This document shows positions 13,770 to 30,173 of a stretch of DNA of 64,000 bases, in pieces; positions within the stretch are counted from its first letter, which is position 1, and every line of letters starts with the position of its first letter. The stretch comes from Hormiphora californensis. Taxonomy: Eukaryota > Animalia > Ctenophora. The notes beneath the pieces are model-generated. The model ran no database searches, was not told the DNA's origin, and saw nothing but the letters and a program-made list of their open reading frames with translations. The stretch is from NCBI GenBank assembly GCA_020137815.1, contig CM035350.1, positions 372,001 through 436,000 on the forward strand, read 5' to 3'. A program made the position numbers and the translations under genes.

Positions 13770-14299
13770 CGGGCTGAGTGGGTGGCATAGGAGATTGCAC
13801 CCCTATAATTTGCCATCCTTAAACAGGCACCGGCAGGTCCAAATCAATTGGCCGGGTGTTCCCTCCTAAAAAACCGAGTAGGGGCAAGGAGCCCCTGGGG
13901 AACCCCTGCCCAATTTTCAAATAGCGACACAGGATAAGTATATCTGAATTGCACTGGAACCAACAGCTCCGTGGCCGAACGGCCACAAGTTGGGCTAAGA
14001 AACACAAGATCCCAGGTTCAAAACCCGGTCAATCTGAGATTTGTTAGACATCTTTTATTTCACTTTTGCTTGATATTGAAGCATTTAAGTTTCCGATTAT
14101 ATCGGCGATGTAACACGATAAATACCAAATACTAGACATGGAGACTAGGTGAACCGACCCTTACTATACCGTCGTACCTGAACCAAAAGAAGAACCCTAC
14201 ACCGAACAAAGTCAAGATCTAACTAAACTAACTAATTTGATCACGAAATCCGGGTTATTTAGGTGAGTCAAAGCCGACCTCCATAAGAAAATCGATTAC

Positions 14300-14500
14300 G
14301 CGGCACTGCATTATACGGCAACCCAAAAACGGCGCACCACTACATTATACGGCAACCACAAAAACGGGGCACCACTGCATTATACGACAACCCAAAAACG
14401 GGCCACCACTGCATTATACGCCAACTCTAAAAACGGGGCACCACTGCATTATACGGCAACCCCAATAACGTGGTACCACTGCATTATATACGGCAACCCC
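14300..14500. repeat. Minisatellite, ~36-bp unit (caccactgcattatacggcaacccaaaaacggg)
   Basis: About 5-6 degenerate tandem copies. Confidence 0.85.
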
Positions 14501-14949
14501 AGCAAAACTGATCACGAAGTCTATATTATTCCGATGAGTCACCAAAGGCCTACCCCCCCCCCCCTAAAAAATCGATCCGTCACAGGGAAGCCTCAACAAC
14601 AGCCAAAACGCAAAGCCCTGAGCATAACAGGTCGGATCTGAAACCAAACGGTATGCAACAGTACTGGAAACGGTAATCACAACTGCAAAGTCGCCAGCCA
14701 CTAGCAATATGGTATTGGTACCCCTATTCTAGATGGAACCCAATTACAAACAGTGCCACATGGGCCGACTCCTTCAAATGCAAATGCATGCGAACGACTC
14801 GGTGGACCGACCCCTGCCGCTATACCCAAACCACAAGGTATTAGCCATAACAAGGAAATGCGGGAGTGAAAAAATAGCGAGACGCTCTAGTTATGGAGAC
14901 GACGCTATCGTTCGGCAACTACCTACCCCTGGGACAACCCAGGAACGTA

Positions 14950-15219
14950 AGACTGACACGCTTGTGTTAGTGCATCCGCTGTCGTAGGTAGGATTTATGC
15001 AAAAACTTATTAAGTGGGATCGCCTGTCGGTCTGCATCTCTAAGGTCATCACTGTCGGAGGGGACAACAGGGAAACCCGTTTGCACACTGAAGGCGGTTT
15101 TGATCTGGGGGTGTGGGTCGGCGCCCGGGTTGTCGGTGTGTGGGCGCCAAGGGGAGATCCTGCGGAAATAAGGGCTAGCTGATCCCCAACGTCAGCAGTG
15201 TGGATGGAAGTACGGAGGT

Positions 15220-15251
<32 letters not shown>

Positions 15252-17518
15252 CCCTATAATTTAAAACACCAATATACTTACATTCGATTTTAGGGGCCGG
15301 GGGTGAGGCTTCGTAGCCCGTGCATGCGGCACACGACCATCGTGTGGCCCGCACACACTCAGGACCATATGTCACTCCGTCCATTATCATCGACGATGTT
15401 GTTACAACCATCGTCGGGACGGAGCATCTATGAGGGTGTTATCGCCTTTATCAGAGGACACGGGGAGGTCTCTCCCAGCTTCCTCCTTCTGTTTGATAGG
15501 GTGAACATTTTCTTTCTCTTCACTCCTCTTTGCAATGTGTTCCAGGGGTGGCGGTTCCTCATCATCCTCATTTCCCGGTCCTGGTTTAGTGACACTGTAC
15601 CAACACTCTTCCGAGTCATCAGGGTGGGAGTCAAGGTAGGCCGATATCTGCCGACCTAGTTTGCCCTCTAGGTTTCTGTAGGGCTTGTTCCATTTGTGGA
15701 GAAGTTTCAGTGGTACCTGGAAGGGAATAACACGTATTAATTAAATGACTAATTTCTGAACTAAAAGTGTTGATTACAAACAAAGATTACAAGCAATGAG
15801 TTAGGGGAGAGAGTGATAGAAAAAGGGAGAGAAAATGAGAAAGGAGAGCGGTAGAGAGAGAGAGAGAGAGAGAAAGAGAGATAGAGAGAGATCAGGTCCT
15901 ACCTCCCGTACCCCCTACCCCAAACTCACATCCTGTATGAATTCTTCACTGCCCCCATTACAAGGTGCACATGATGTCAGTTGAGCTCGACCCTTCTCGA
16001 AGTCACAGCTTTTCAAATTACCATTCCAACCTGAAGAGATGATCATGCCGTTAAAAGATTTGTTACTGTCGACTACTAACAGGATACGTATCGATGCCAA
16101 CTTCGCAGTTTGCACAGGATTGTCAGTTGTCACAGTCAACTTTTTTACATAGTTATGTTCAAACCCTCCTTTACATTTGTAAAAGAGGGGCACGGAGAGA
16201 GAAAGATAGTCGAACAATGCAATACTGTACATCGGTTTTTCTTACTGACCTGATTTGGTGTATTTGAATCTGTATCTTTTATAGGGTAGGAGGGGGTAAT
16301 TCGGGTCAGTTGGTAATTCGGGTCACTTGTTTGTAATTCGGGCCATTCTAATGTAACAAGATTTGGCGGGAAAGTTTGAAATACGGAATATCGTTCATTT
16401 CCCGATTTTGGATTCAATTGGTATTCCCGTGAATTTGCGGAATTTTTTCGAGAAGAAAACATATGATTTTATCCAATGGGATAATTCAGCACTTATTGGC
16501 TAAGTTTTTGAAGGAATTACGTCATTATTGATTTACCAAAATGACGTCATAAAACAGTGTGTCTAATTCGGGTCATGTTTGTAATTCGGGTCACAGGCAA
16601 ATCGGCTAATTCGGGTCACCTTATTTTTGCGATAAATCAGCAAGTTTGAGTGATTTCTGGCCCCATATTTTATGTTTTCTTCTCGATTTGGGGCCTCTGG
16701 GGGCCTTTAGGGGCCTCTTGGGGCCTCTAAGGGGCCTCTAGGGGCCTCCAGGGGCCTCTAGGGGGCCTCTGGGGGCCTCTAGGGGGCCTCTAGGGGCCTC
16801 TAGGGTCCTCTGGGGTCCTCTAGGGGCTTCTAGGGGCCTCTAAGGGCCTCTAGGGGCCTCTTGGGGCCTTTAGGGGGCCTCTAGGGGCTTCTAGGGGCCT
16901 CTGAGGGACCTCTAGGGGCTTTTAGGGGCCTCTAGGGGCCTCTTGGGGCCTTTAGGGGCCTCTAGGGGGCCTCTAGGGGGCCTTAAGGGGCCTTTAGGGG
17001 TCTCTATGGGGCCTCTAGGGGCCTCTAGGGGGCCTCTAGGGGGCCTCTAGGGGCTTCTAGGGGCCTCTAGGGGGCCTCTAGGGCCCCTAGAGGCCCCTAA
17101 AACAGCCAACCATCAGCAAACCAACAGCTGACCCGAATTACAAACACTTGACCCGAATTAACCGCATGATTTCAGCGGCAACACGCTGTGTTGGTAATTC
17201 GGGTCATTTGGTCACGTGTTTGTTTGCGAGGGCTGTGATTGGCTGAATACGCGCGTGGCCCGATTTAGCCACTGACCCGAATTACCAACAATACGCAAAC
17301 TAACGATTTCGTGGGCTTTTTTATGTGTGAAAAAGGTTGGATTTGAAAACTTCAACAGTCCAAATATCTTAACAAGTGTCACATTGGATAAATTGAATAG
17401 ATTTTATGTGCAGATATTCTGCCACAACCAAGGGAATACCACTTTAATCAAAAAGGTGACCCGAATTACCCCCGCCTACCCTACTGTTCGGAAGTCAGGT
17501 AAAAGCCAACAACAGTAC
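14950..17518 (-). pseudogene. Multi-exon gene of unknown product, disrupted by a MITE and a frameshift
   Basis: Phase-compatible GT-AG exons 17518-16250 (MITE removed), 16168-16088, 16030-15930 and 15716-15282, then a further exon from 15159. They read TVVGFYLTSEQYKRYRFKYTKSGGFEHNY...SIRWNGNLKSC...FIQDVPLKLLHKW. Confidence 0.6.
16284..17481. mobile_element. TA-flanked MITE with taattcgggtca subterminal repeats and an internal (ggggcctcta)n satellite
   Basis: TA|gggtaggagggggtaattcgggtca ... tgacccgaattacccccgcctaccc|TA. Confidence 0.9.
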
Positions 17519-17699
17519 CTAGCACGTAATTGTTTAGATCAGGACTGAAAATTCCACACAAGATCACGTATCTCTACATATCCAGCTCTCTATTATATAT
17601 TCAGAACGTTATATTGGGTTAGCCATATAATTTTTGATCTAATTGAGGGAATTTAAAACGAATTTTTTTGTAAAACAATTGTCAAACTAAATACTTGAA

Positions 17700-19890
17700 C
17701 CAAAACCAAACACGTTTGGTGGATTCCCGGGGCAACAGAACGTGAAACTATTTTATATCGAAAATAAATGATATGGAGACTCCCGGGGGCCGGGGTGCTG
17801 TCAAGTCCGCTATTCTAGGCCAGTCATATGATGCCGAAAGTAGATCAAAAATCGGCGTTCAAGTTGTAAATCTAATTCCACTTCTATGGCACTCTAATAG
17901 GTCCCTAGAACCACCAAAAAAATTCACCGCACTCTACGCGGTGGAGAACTTGACTTAATTGGGCCTAATTGGTTACAGGGTACTTTCAGCCTGAAGCCAA
18001 CACCGTAAGTGCCCTTAGAGTAGGAGTAGAGAAAAAAACAAGGGCACTTAAGTGATCAGCGCCCACACATTAGTGGGGGTAGGTGCTGGAATTAAGTCTC
18101 TATCTCATCCCGTTAATTAGATAATTGGATAATTAGATGCGCACATAGCCGTTTTATGGTTATACGGTAAAAACCATCTTAGGAAACGAGTAGAGAAAAA
18201 ACCAAGGGCACTAAAGTGTTCAGCGACCTCACATTAGTGGGGGTAGGTGCTGGAATTAATTCTCTATCTCATCTGGATAATTAGATAATTGGTTAATTAG
18301 ATGCGCACATAGCCGTTTTTGGCCATATGGCTATATCCACTTAGGAGAGGCGTAGAGACTTTTTACAGGCGCCATTTTGTAGGCAATGGCCAAGTTATGG
18401 GGGGTCTACGTCGGACTTTTAATCTCTATCTCCAACCATTTAGCCGTTATTAGGCTTTAAAGGTGCTCAAAATCGGGCTTTTTACCGTTTTTTGCTCATT
18501 TTGAGCGCCTTTAACTTCACAGTAAATCTGTTGTTTTCCCCCAGGCTCCAGCTCCGCACATAAACGCCTCATTATTCCCTGCCTATAATATTCCTTGCAT
18601 GCGGTTCTAAATCTGATCCTTTTTCACAACTTTTGGGAAATAGATCCCTCCCTTGGCCTTACCTGGTTCGTTCCTGGGTTCCCGTGTCCTGTCTGCTGTC
18701 TCTCGCTATCACTGCCACCACTACCCTACTTCCAGACCCACACTCCAGCTCCCTTATATCCCACCTATGACCTGCTGTCTAAATCCTACATCATTCCTTC
18801 CTGGAACTAAATAGTCTGCCTCCCAAGGGCACTAAAGTGTTCAGCGACCTCACATTAGTGGGGGTAGGTGCTGGAATTAATTCTCTATCTCATCTGGATA
18901 ATTAGATAATTGGTTAATTAGATGCGCACATAGCCGTTTTTGGCCATATGGCTATATCCACTTAGGAGAGGCGTAGAGACTTTTTACAGGCGCCATTTTG
19001 TAGGCAATGGCCAAGTTATGGGGGGTCTACGTCGGACTTTTAATCTCTATCTCCAACCATTTAGCCGTTATTAGGCTTTAAAGGTGCTCAAAATCGGGCT
19101 TTTTACCGTTTTTTGCTCATTTTGAGCGCCTTTAACTTCACAGTAAATCTGTTGTTTTCCCCCAGGCTCCAGCTCCGCACATAAACGCCTCATTATTCCC
19201 TGCCTATAATATTCCTTGCATGCGGTTCTAAATCTGATCCTTTTTCACAACTTTTGGGAAATAGATCCCTCCCTTGGCCTTACCTGGTTCGTTCCTGGGT
19301 TCCCGTGTCCTGTCTGCTGTCTCTCGCTATCACTGCCACCACTACCCTACTTCCAGACCCACACTCCAGCTCCCTTATATCCCACCTATGACCTGCTGTC
19401 TAAATCCTACATCATTCCTTCCTGGAACTAAATAGTCTGCCTCCCTGTCCTTACATGGTTCGCTCCTGGGCTCTCGTGTCCTGTCTGCTGTCTCTCGCCG
19501 TCACTGCCATCACGCCCTACTTCCAGACCCACACTCCAGCTCCCTTATATCCCACCTATGACCTGCTGACACAATCCTATATCATTTCTTCCTGGAACTA
19601 AATAGTCTACCTCCCTGTCCTTACCTGGTTCGTACCTAGGTTCTCGTGTCCTGTCTGCTGTCTCTCGCTACCATTGCCACCACGCCCTATTTCCAGACCC
19701 ACACTCCAGCTCCCCTATATCCCACCTATGACCTGCTTTCTCAATCCTACATCATTTCTTCCTGCAGTTCCATGGAACTAAATAGTCTGCCTCCCTGTCC
19801 TTACCTGGTTCGTTCCTGGGTTTCCCGTGTCCTAGGTGCTGTCTCTTCTTCCAGACCCTCTCTCCAGCTTCCTTGCATCCCACCTGACCT
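17700..19890. repeat. Fragments of the fold-back family, a ~620-bp tandem duplication and a ~180-bp tandem repeat
   Basis: 18205-18822 is repeated at 18823-19443; ccagacccacactccagctccc units occur through 19255-19890. Confidence 0.8.
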
Positions 19891-20347
19891 AGAAAAATTT
19901 AGGCAACTAATTGTTATAAAAGCGAAAACCACTCTACCCGACTAATTTTGATACGCTGAATCCAATGAGCAACTTACGCAAGCGCTCAGAGGTGGAGAAA
20001 GTGCCCTAATTGGCCATACTTGGGTACCTGTATTTTCAGCCTGAGGCCAAAACCATAAGTACCCTTAAAATAGGACTAAAGACAAATCTGAGGGCACTAA
20101 AGTGATCAGCGTCCTCGCATTAGTGGGGGTAGGTGCCGGAATTAAGTTTCTATCTCATCTAGTTAATTGAATAATTGGATAATTAGATATGTGCATAACC
20201 GTATTTTGGCTAAATGGCTATAGCCACTTAGGAATGGTTTAGATACGTTTCATTGGTGCCATTTTGTAGGTAATGGCCAAGTTATGGGGGGTCGACATCG
20301 GACTTCTAAGCTATATCTTCAACCGTTTAGCCGTTATTTGGCTTTAA

Positions 20348-21289
20348 AGTAAGAGTGGCGTGCTGTGTTTTCTCACAAAACTTGGTGGATGAACGGGGAG
20401 TACCACCAGGACCATTGGTACGGTATAGAAAATTTCCGATTCCGTCTCATTTATTAGTTATGACGTAATATGTTCATTATTTCAACTTTCACAAAATTGC
20501 TCTACAGAAAAATCTGGTCATTTTGGATTGAAATAGATGCTTGCATCGTTTTCAGCGTCAAAAAATAGCCGGGGTACCAAATTTTGGTGTCTACCTTGTC
20601 TGTGACGCGAGATATTGACAAATATCAAAAACGCCCAAAGTGAGAGAAAGAGAGATTGTTACAAGTGGGTGGCGCGCACAAACAACTAGCACCCAAAGAT
20701 AACAAACTCTCTCTCACCCATTTTGGGCGTTTTTCATAATTGTCGATATCTCGCGTCACAGACAAGGTAGAGACACCAAAATTTGGTATCCCGGCTATTT
20801 TTTGACGCTGAACACGATGCAAGCATCCATTTCAATCCACAATGAGCCAATTTTTCTGTAGAGCAATTTTATGAAAGTTGAAATAATGAACATATTACGT
20901 CATAACTAATGAACGAGACAGAATTAGAAATTTTCGATACCGTACCAATGGTCCTGGTGGTAAAGTCGAATTTTTTAATCAAGGGACAGGGGGCCGCGCA
21001 TTCAGAGGGGTCGCGCGGCTTTGTATTTGCGCGTGATAATCGAAATCAAGTTCCTGGCAATCTTAAGACTTGAACCCGGAAGCGTTGGAAAGATAATTTT
21101 AAGACCTTTTCAACGCAACCAAGACCAAGTCGTTATCTTATCAGGAACAGGAGATATGAGCGGAAACGTTTAGCACGCGCAAAATGACTTTTGTAGATGC
21201 GCAGCCCCTGTCCCTTGATTAAAAAATTCGACTATACTCCCCGTTCATCCACCAAGTTTTGTGAGAAAACACGGCGCGCCACTCTTACT
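20348..21289. mobile_element. Palindromic MITE with TTAA target duplication and AG...CT termini (Kolobok-like)
   Basis: TTAA|agtaagagtggcg ... cgccactcttact|TTAA. Confidence 0.85.
20963..21234. mobile_element. Small TA-flanked MITE nested in the TTAA element
   Basis: TIR agtcgaattttttaatcaagggacagggg; the uninterrupted site (ggtggtactc) is seen in the other arm and at ~33357. Confidence 0.85.
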
Positions 21290-21959
21290 TTAAAGGTACT
21301 CAAAATCGGAATTTTTATCATTTTTCGCTCATTTTGAGTACCTTTAGAGCCTAATAACGGCTAAACGGTTGAAGATAGAGCTTAGAAGTCCGTCGTCGAC
21401 CCCCCATAACTTGGCCATTGCCTACAAAATGGCACCAATGAAACGTCTCTAAACCATTCCTAAGTGGCTATAGCCATATAGCCAAAATACGGTTATGCGC
21501 ATATCTAATTATCCAATTATTCAATTAACCAGATGAGATAGAGACTTAATTCCGGCACCTACCCCCACTAATGCGAGGACGCTGATCACTTTAGTGCCCT
21601 CAGATTTGTCTTTACTCCTATTTTAAGGGTACTTATGGTTTTGGCCTCAGGCTGAAAATACAGGTACCCAAGTATGGCCAATTAGGGCACTTTCTCCACC
21701 TCTGAGCCCTTGCGTAAGTTGCTCATTGGATTCAGCGTATCAAAATTAGTCGGGTAGAGTGGTTTTCGCTTTTATAACAATTAGTTGCCTTTTTGGCTTA
21801 TTTTTGGGCAGTTTTTCCTCTACTATACTGTCTCTACTCTGCACCATTCCTTCCTATATTCCTTCCTACATCCCTTCCTACTTTCTACACCATTCCTTCC
21901 TACATCTACCTGAGACTTAGTAGAGGGACCACCTATGACTGAGTCAATGAGTTAATATT

Positions 21960-22659
21960 TTCAAGTGTGCATTTTGTGTAAATTGTTAACATTTTCTGGC
22001 CTCTGAGTTGTTTAGCTGCAGAGTTTGAGTAGCTGAGGTTCCAGACTGGCTGAGTTTTATGCCGAAGAATGAAGAAAGAAGACCATACACACCGTTTTTC
22101 TCAATACTTTTTTCTCGATAAAAAACTTGTCAAGGATACCGTTTTTCTCAATACGTTTTTCTCGATAAAAAACTTGTCAAGGACTCTTCAGTGAGTGTGT
22201 GTTTGAAGAACAGCTAATTTATTATTTATTTATTACCGAATCTGTGTGTATGTGTTTGTGATTGTCTGTTTGTCTGTGAATGTGTTTGTACGTGTGTTAG
22301 TATGTTTTTGTATTAACCGTTTTGTATTGACTGCTGATGTTGTGTTTTGCGTCTGTGACTTTGTGTATTCTGTTTAATCTGTTTTTATGTTTGTCTGCTG
22401 GTTTTGTTAGTTCGTTACCTTGTTTTCTATAACCCCTTGTTCCTCGTATTTTGTGCATCTAATGCTTTTAGGATTTGTATCACTGTCTCTAAGTATTGTT
22501 TAAACCGCTTTAGGAAACCGCTGATGTGAACTGTATATTTTCACCTCTCAGCCTTGTATCACTTTATTAGTGTATGGTGTAAGAGCGGGACGAAGTTATA
22601 TATTAATTGTGTGACTTTGTGATAAATTGTGCGTAAACTTAAACTTAAACTTAAACTTA
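21960..22659 (+). mobile_element. Possible non-coding retroelement 3' region with (AAACTT)n tail
   Basis: T/G-rich body ending in aaacttaaacttaaacttaaactta; no target duplication identified. Confidence 0.35.
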
Positions 22660-22879
22660 TGTTACGTTTCATGGGAGGGGAGTCCCAGGATAAGTATCGG
22701 ATAATTGTTTAACAATCTTTAGAAATTATACCTCCTCCCGGTTTCAATAGAGATGGTCAAAAGAAAACTCAGTTACTTTTTTTTCGATGGAAAGATTCAT
22801 AACTGAGATTCATAACTGATTAGTATAACTACCATCGATATTGAACATGGGTTAAAAATACTGCTATATATCTATATTA

Positions 22880-26960
<4,081 letters not shown>

Positions 26961-26994
26961 GGGTGAGGGGGTGGTTGGGGGGGGGGGGGGGGGG

Positions 26995-28255
26995 GGGGGG
27001 GGGTTCCAACCTATTTTTTTGTACGGTTTTGTACGGTTTTGTACGGACCATACATAAAAGTATCCGAAATTCCTGTTTTTTTTCATACAAACAATACAAA
27101 AAAATACAAAAAAATAATGAAGGATGTGGGTGCCTGATAAAAGTATAAATAATACATAGCTGGGTTCCGTTTATGTTCATGTACCACCTATCATATATGT
27201 ATATGAACGTTTTTAGTTCCATTGTCGTCCATTTTCCTGCTAAAATTACATACTAAAAAAGTGTGTAAAAGTACACGTTTTTGAAATTCTAAAAAAACGA
27301 AATCATTCATTCAGATTACCGTTACGATTACGAGAAAATTTTCTCAGTTGGAGATCACTTTCTCGGTACTAATTTCGATTCGGGATAATTTTCTCGGTAA
27401 AAATTGCGATTTGGGGAAATTTTTCGCTTAGAAAATACGATTCGAGAAATTTTGTCGGTAAGAAATTGGGATTCGGGGAAATATCTCGCTTAGAAAATAC
27501 GATTCGAGAAAATTTTTTCGGTAAGAAATTGCGATGCTAGGAAATTTCTCGCTTAGAAAATACGATTCAAGAAAATTTTCTCGTAAAGAAATTGCGATTT
27601 GGGGAAATTTCTCGCTTAGAAAATACGATTCAAAAAATTTCTCGGTAAGAAATTGCGATTCGGGAAAATTTCTCTCGCTTAGAAATTGCGATTCGATAAT
27701 ACTTTCTTGGATAGAAAGTTCGATTTGGAAAGATTTTCTCTCTTAGAAATTCCAATTTTTCGTACAGACAGTACAAAAAAAGCACAACAAATTATGGAGG
27801 TGGGTGCCTAGTAAAAGTTCATGGACGGGTTCCTTTTGTCCTAATGTACCACCTAGGAACGTTTGTCGTGTAATTATTATCTTTCATTCGAAATTCGAAA
27901 AAGTAAACATCATTGATTCAGATTTCGAAAATTTTGAATAGAATATTTCCTTGTGTTTTGATAAAAAACAATTAAAACATGATTAAAACATGTTTTTATC
28001 TTCCAATTATAAGAAAAAGTTGCTAATTTTGTATGCAACCACAGTTTAATAGGAATTTATGACACAATTATGATCATAAACTAAAGTTTCAACGATCAGA
28101 AAAGCTTTGTTTAATCGTTTATACCCCGTTTTATTTTTTTGTATTTTTTTGTATTTTTTTGTACTTTTTTGTATTTTTTTGTATTTTTTTGTTTGAGGAA
28201 ACCCGTGTTTTTTTCCGTACAAACGTACAACAAATAGGTTGCAACCCCCCCCCCT
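26995..28255. mobile_element. Non-autonomous TIR element with poly-G/poly-C ends and an internal minisatellite
   Basis: gggttccaacctattttttgtacg versus cgtacaacaaataggttgcaacccc; repeats at 27380-27750. Confidence 0.6.
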
Positions 28256-29241
28256 CCTGGGTGAGGGAGTGTGGGGATTTGGGTCAACGGATGCTCTACT
28301 TCAACAGTCAAATGTCGATAAATGTTTTCGTTCTACATAGTATTTAAAACCCCCTTTTAAAATCCTATACCTTGTCATATTTCTTGCCCGATACATCAGG
28401 TTGTTGAAGTTTTTGAAGCATCTCGGCAAGAACAACCCAGTCAATAACAGCAACCCGACACAGGCTAGAGCCATACATCGTGAAATGATCAGACTCCGCC
28501 GAGACCTAAATCATAAAGAATTAGGGAAATATGATGAGTGTTGTGAACAAGGGAGCCGCAGTGGTCACAAAGTTAAAAGGAAGGATGATCCCGGTGCCAC
28601 GTTGTCATGGTGACGAAATTGGGTGTAAAGGATAATGATGAACACTACATACGGTGTAAAGGAGGTATCCCCTATGTGATCATTACTTCTGTTAATTGAT
28701 TGATATCCATCATCCATGAGTTTCGGTTCTTTCCTGAAACACACCCCCGGTTAATATCCGGTTATGGATATTATATATCGCCAGGTTTAGTAGAATATAC
28801 AATATATTAGGTCATTCGGTAAATATCTGGACAGGTATGTTTGTGAAAGAACGGAGCTAGATAGATCCAAGCGACCTGTTCCAGCGTCTTCCTTGGACAT
28901 TTTTAGGTTGGACTAGGATGGTGGGAACCTTCGCCTGCTGGCAGTATTGCCTCACGAGCAATATGTTTCAATGCTACTCTTGCTGCCGCTTTATGCAAGA
29001 AAAAACTGTGGCACTACGGATGATTGAATATGTCATGGCATTTTCTCTATTGGGGACAGATGATAGGTTTGACCAGTGTTCCTAGATCACCTTTTTAGCC
29101 TGAAGATGATGCAACCATAATTGAAGCGTTTAGATTCCATCTTCATCCTTAAAAATTGGATTTTTGCCAAAATTGCTCCTTGCGCACTTCATGACTGTTT
29201 TTGTACGTTCTAAACGTCTAAATGACTTGAATCCACCGTTA

Positions 29242-30123
29242 AAGTAAGAGTGGCGCGCCGTGTTTTCTCACAAAACTTAGTGGATGAACGGGGAGTACCT
29301 CCAGGACCATTGGTACGGTATCGAAAATTTCCAATTCTGTCGCGTTCATTAGGTATGACGTAATATGTTCATTATTTCAACTTTTATAAAATTGCTCTAC
29401 AGAAAAATCTGTGCATTGTGGATTGAAATGGATGCTTGCATCGTGTTCAGCGTCAAAAAATAGCCGGGGTACCAAATTTTGGTGTCTCTACCTTGTCTGT
29501 GACGCGAGATATCGACAAATATCAAAAACGACCAAAGTGAGAGAAAGAGAGTTTGTTACAAGTGGGTGGCGCGCACAAACAACTAGCACCCAAAGATAAC
29601 AATCTCTCTGACTACTTGTCTCCTTACATTGTCTTTGTTTTTACTCTCGCTTCCGCTGCCATTTTGGACTATTACCGCACATAAATTGCCAGTTCTTCTT
29701 CTCCCAACTACCCAATTTCAGTAAACACTACCCCCACCCCCGGCCTTATCTTACTATATAATGCAAAAACACCCGAAACTTGATCCCACCCATGCATGTT
29801 TGGTGGTCCCTAAATCGTCGTCATCAAGATCAGATCACGTAACAAGTAGCATGCTAGGAGCACCCCACATGCATGATCAGATCACCCCACTGAGGATCAG
29901 ATCCCCCCACCCAAGATCAGATCATCCCATAGAGGATCAGATCACCCCACCCATGATCAGATCACCCCAGTGACTATCAGATCATCCCAGTGAGTATCAG
30001 ATCCCAAATTTCACCCAGTAGTCCACTGTGCGTGATGAGATCCCCCATATAGAGTGGTAAAATAGACAAAGACGTGACGACAGAGAAATTGAGATAAAAA
30101 TGAAGAGAGAGAGAAGAGAGAGA

Positions 30124-30173
<50 letters not shown>

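Larger units (their letters stand above)
19901..21790. mobile_element. Fold-back element related to 8297-9622, with nested insertions
   Basis: Inverted arms aggcaactaattgttataaaagcg ... cgcttttataacaattagttgcct; shares internal blocks with 8297-9622. Confidence 0.8.

Noticed and set aside
13965-14040. tRNA gene
   Set aside because: A/B-box-like remnants only, with no closable cloverleaf; at most a decayed tRNA-derived repeat.
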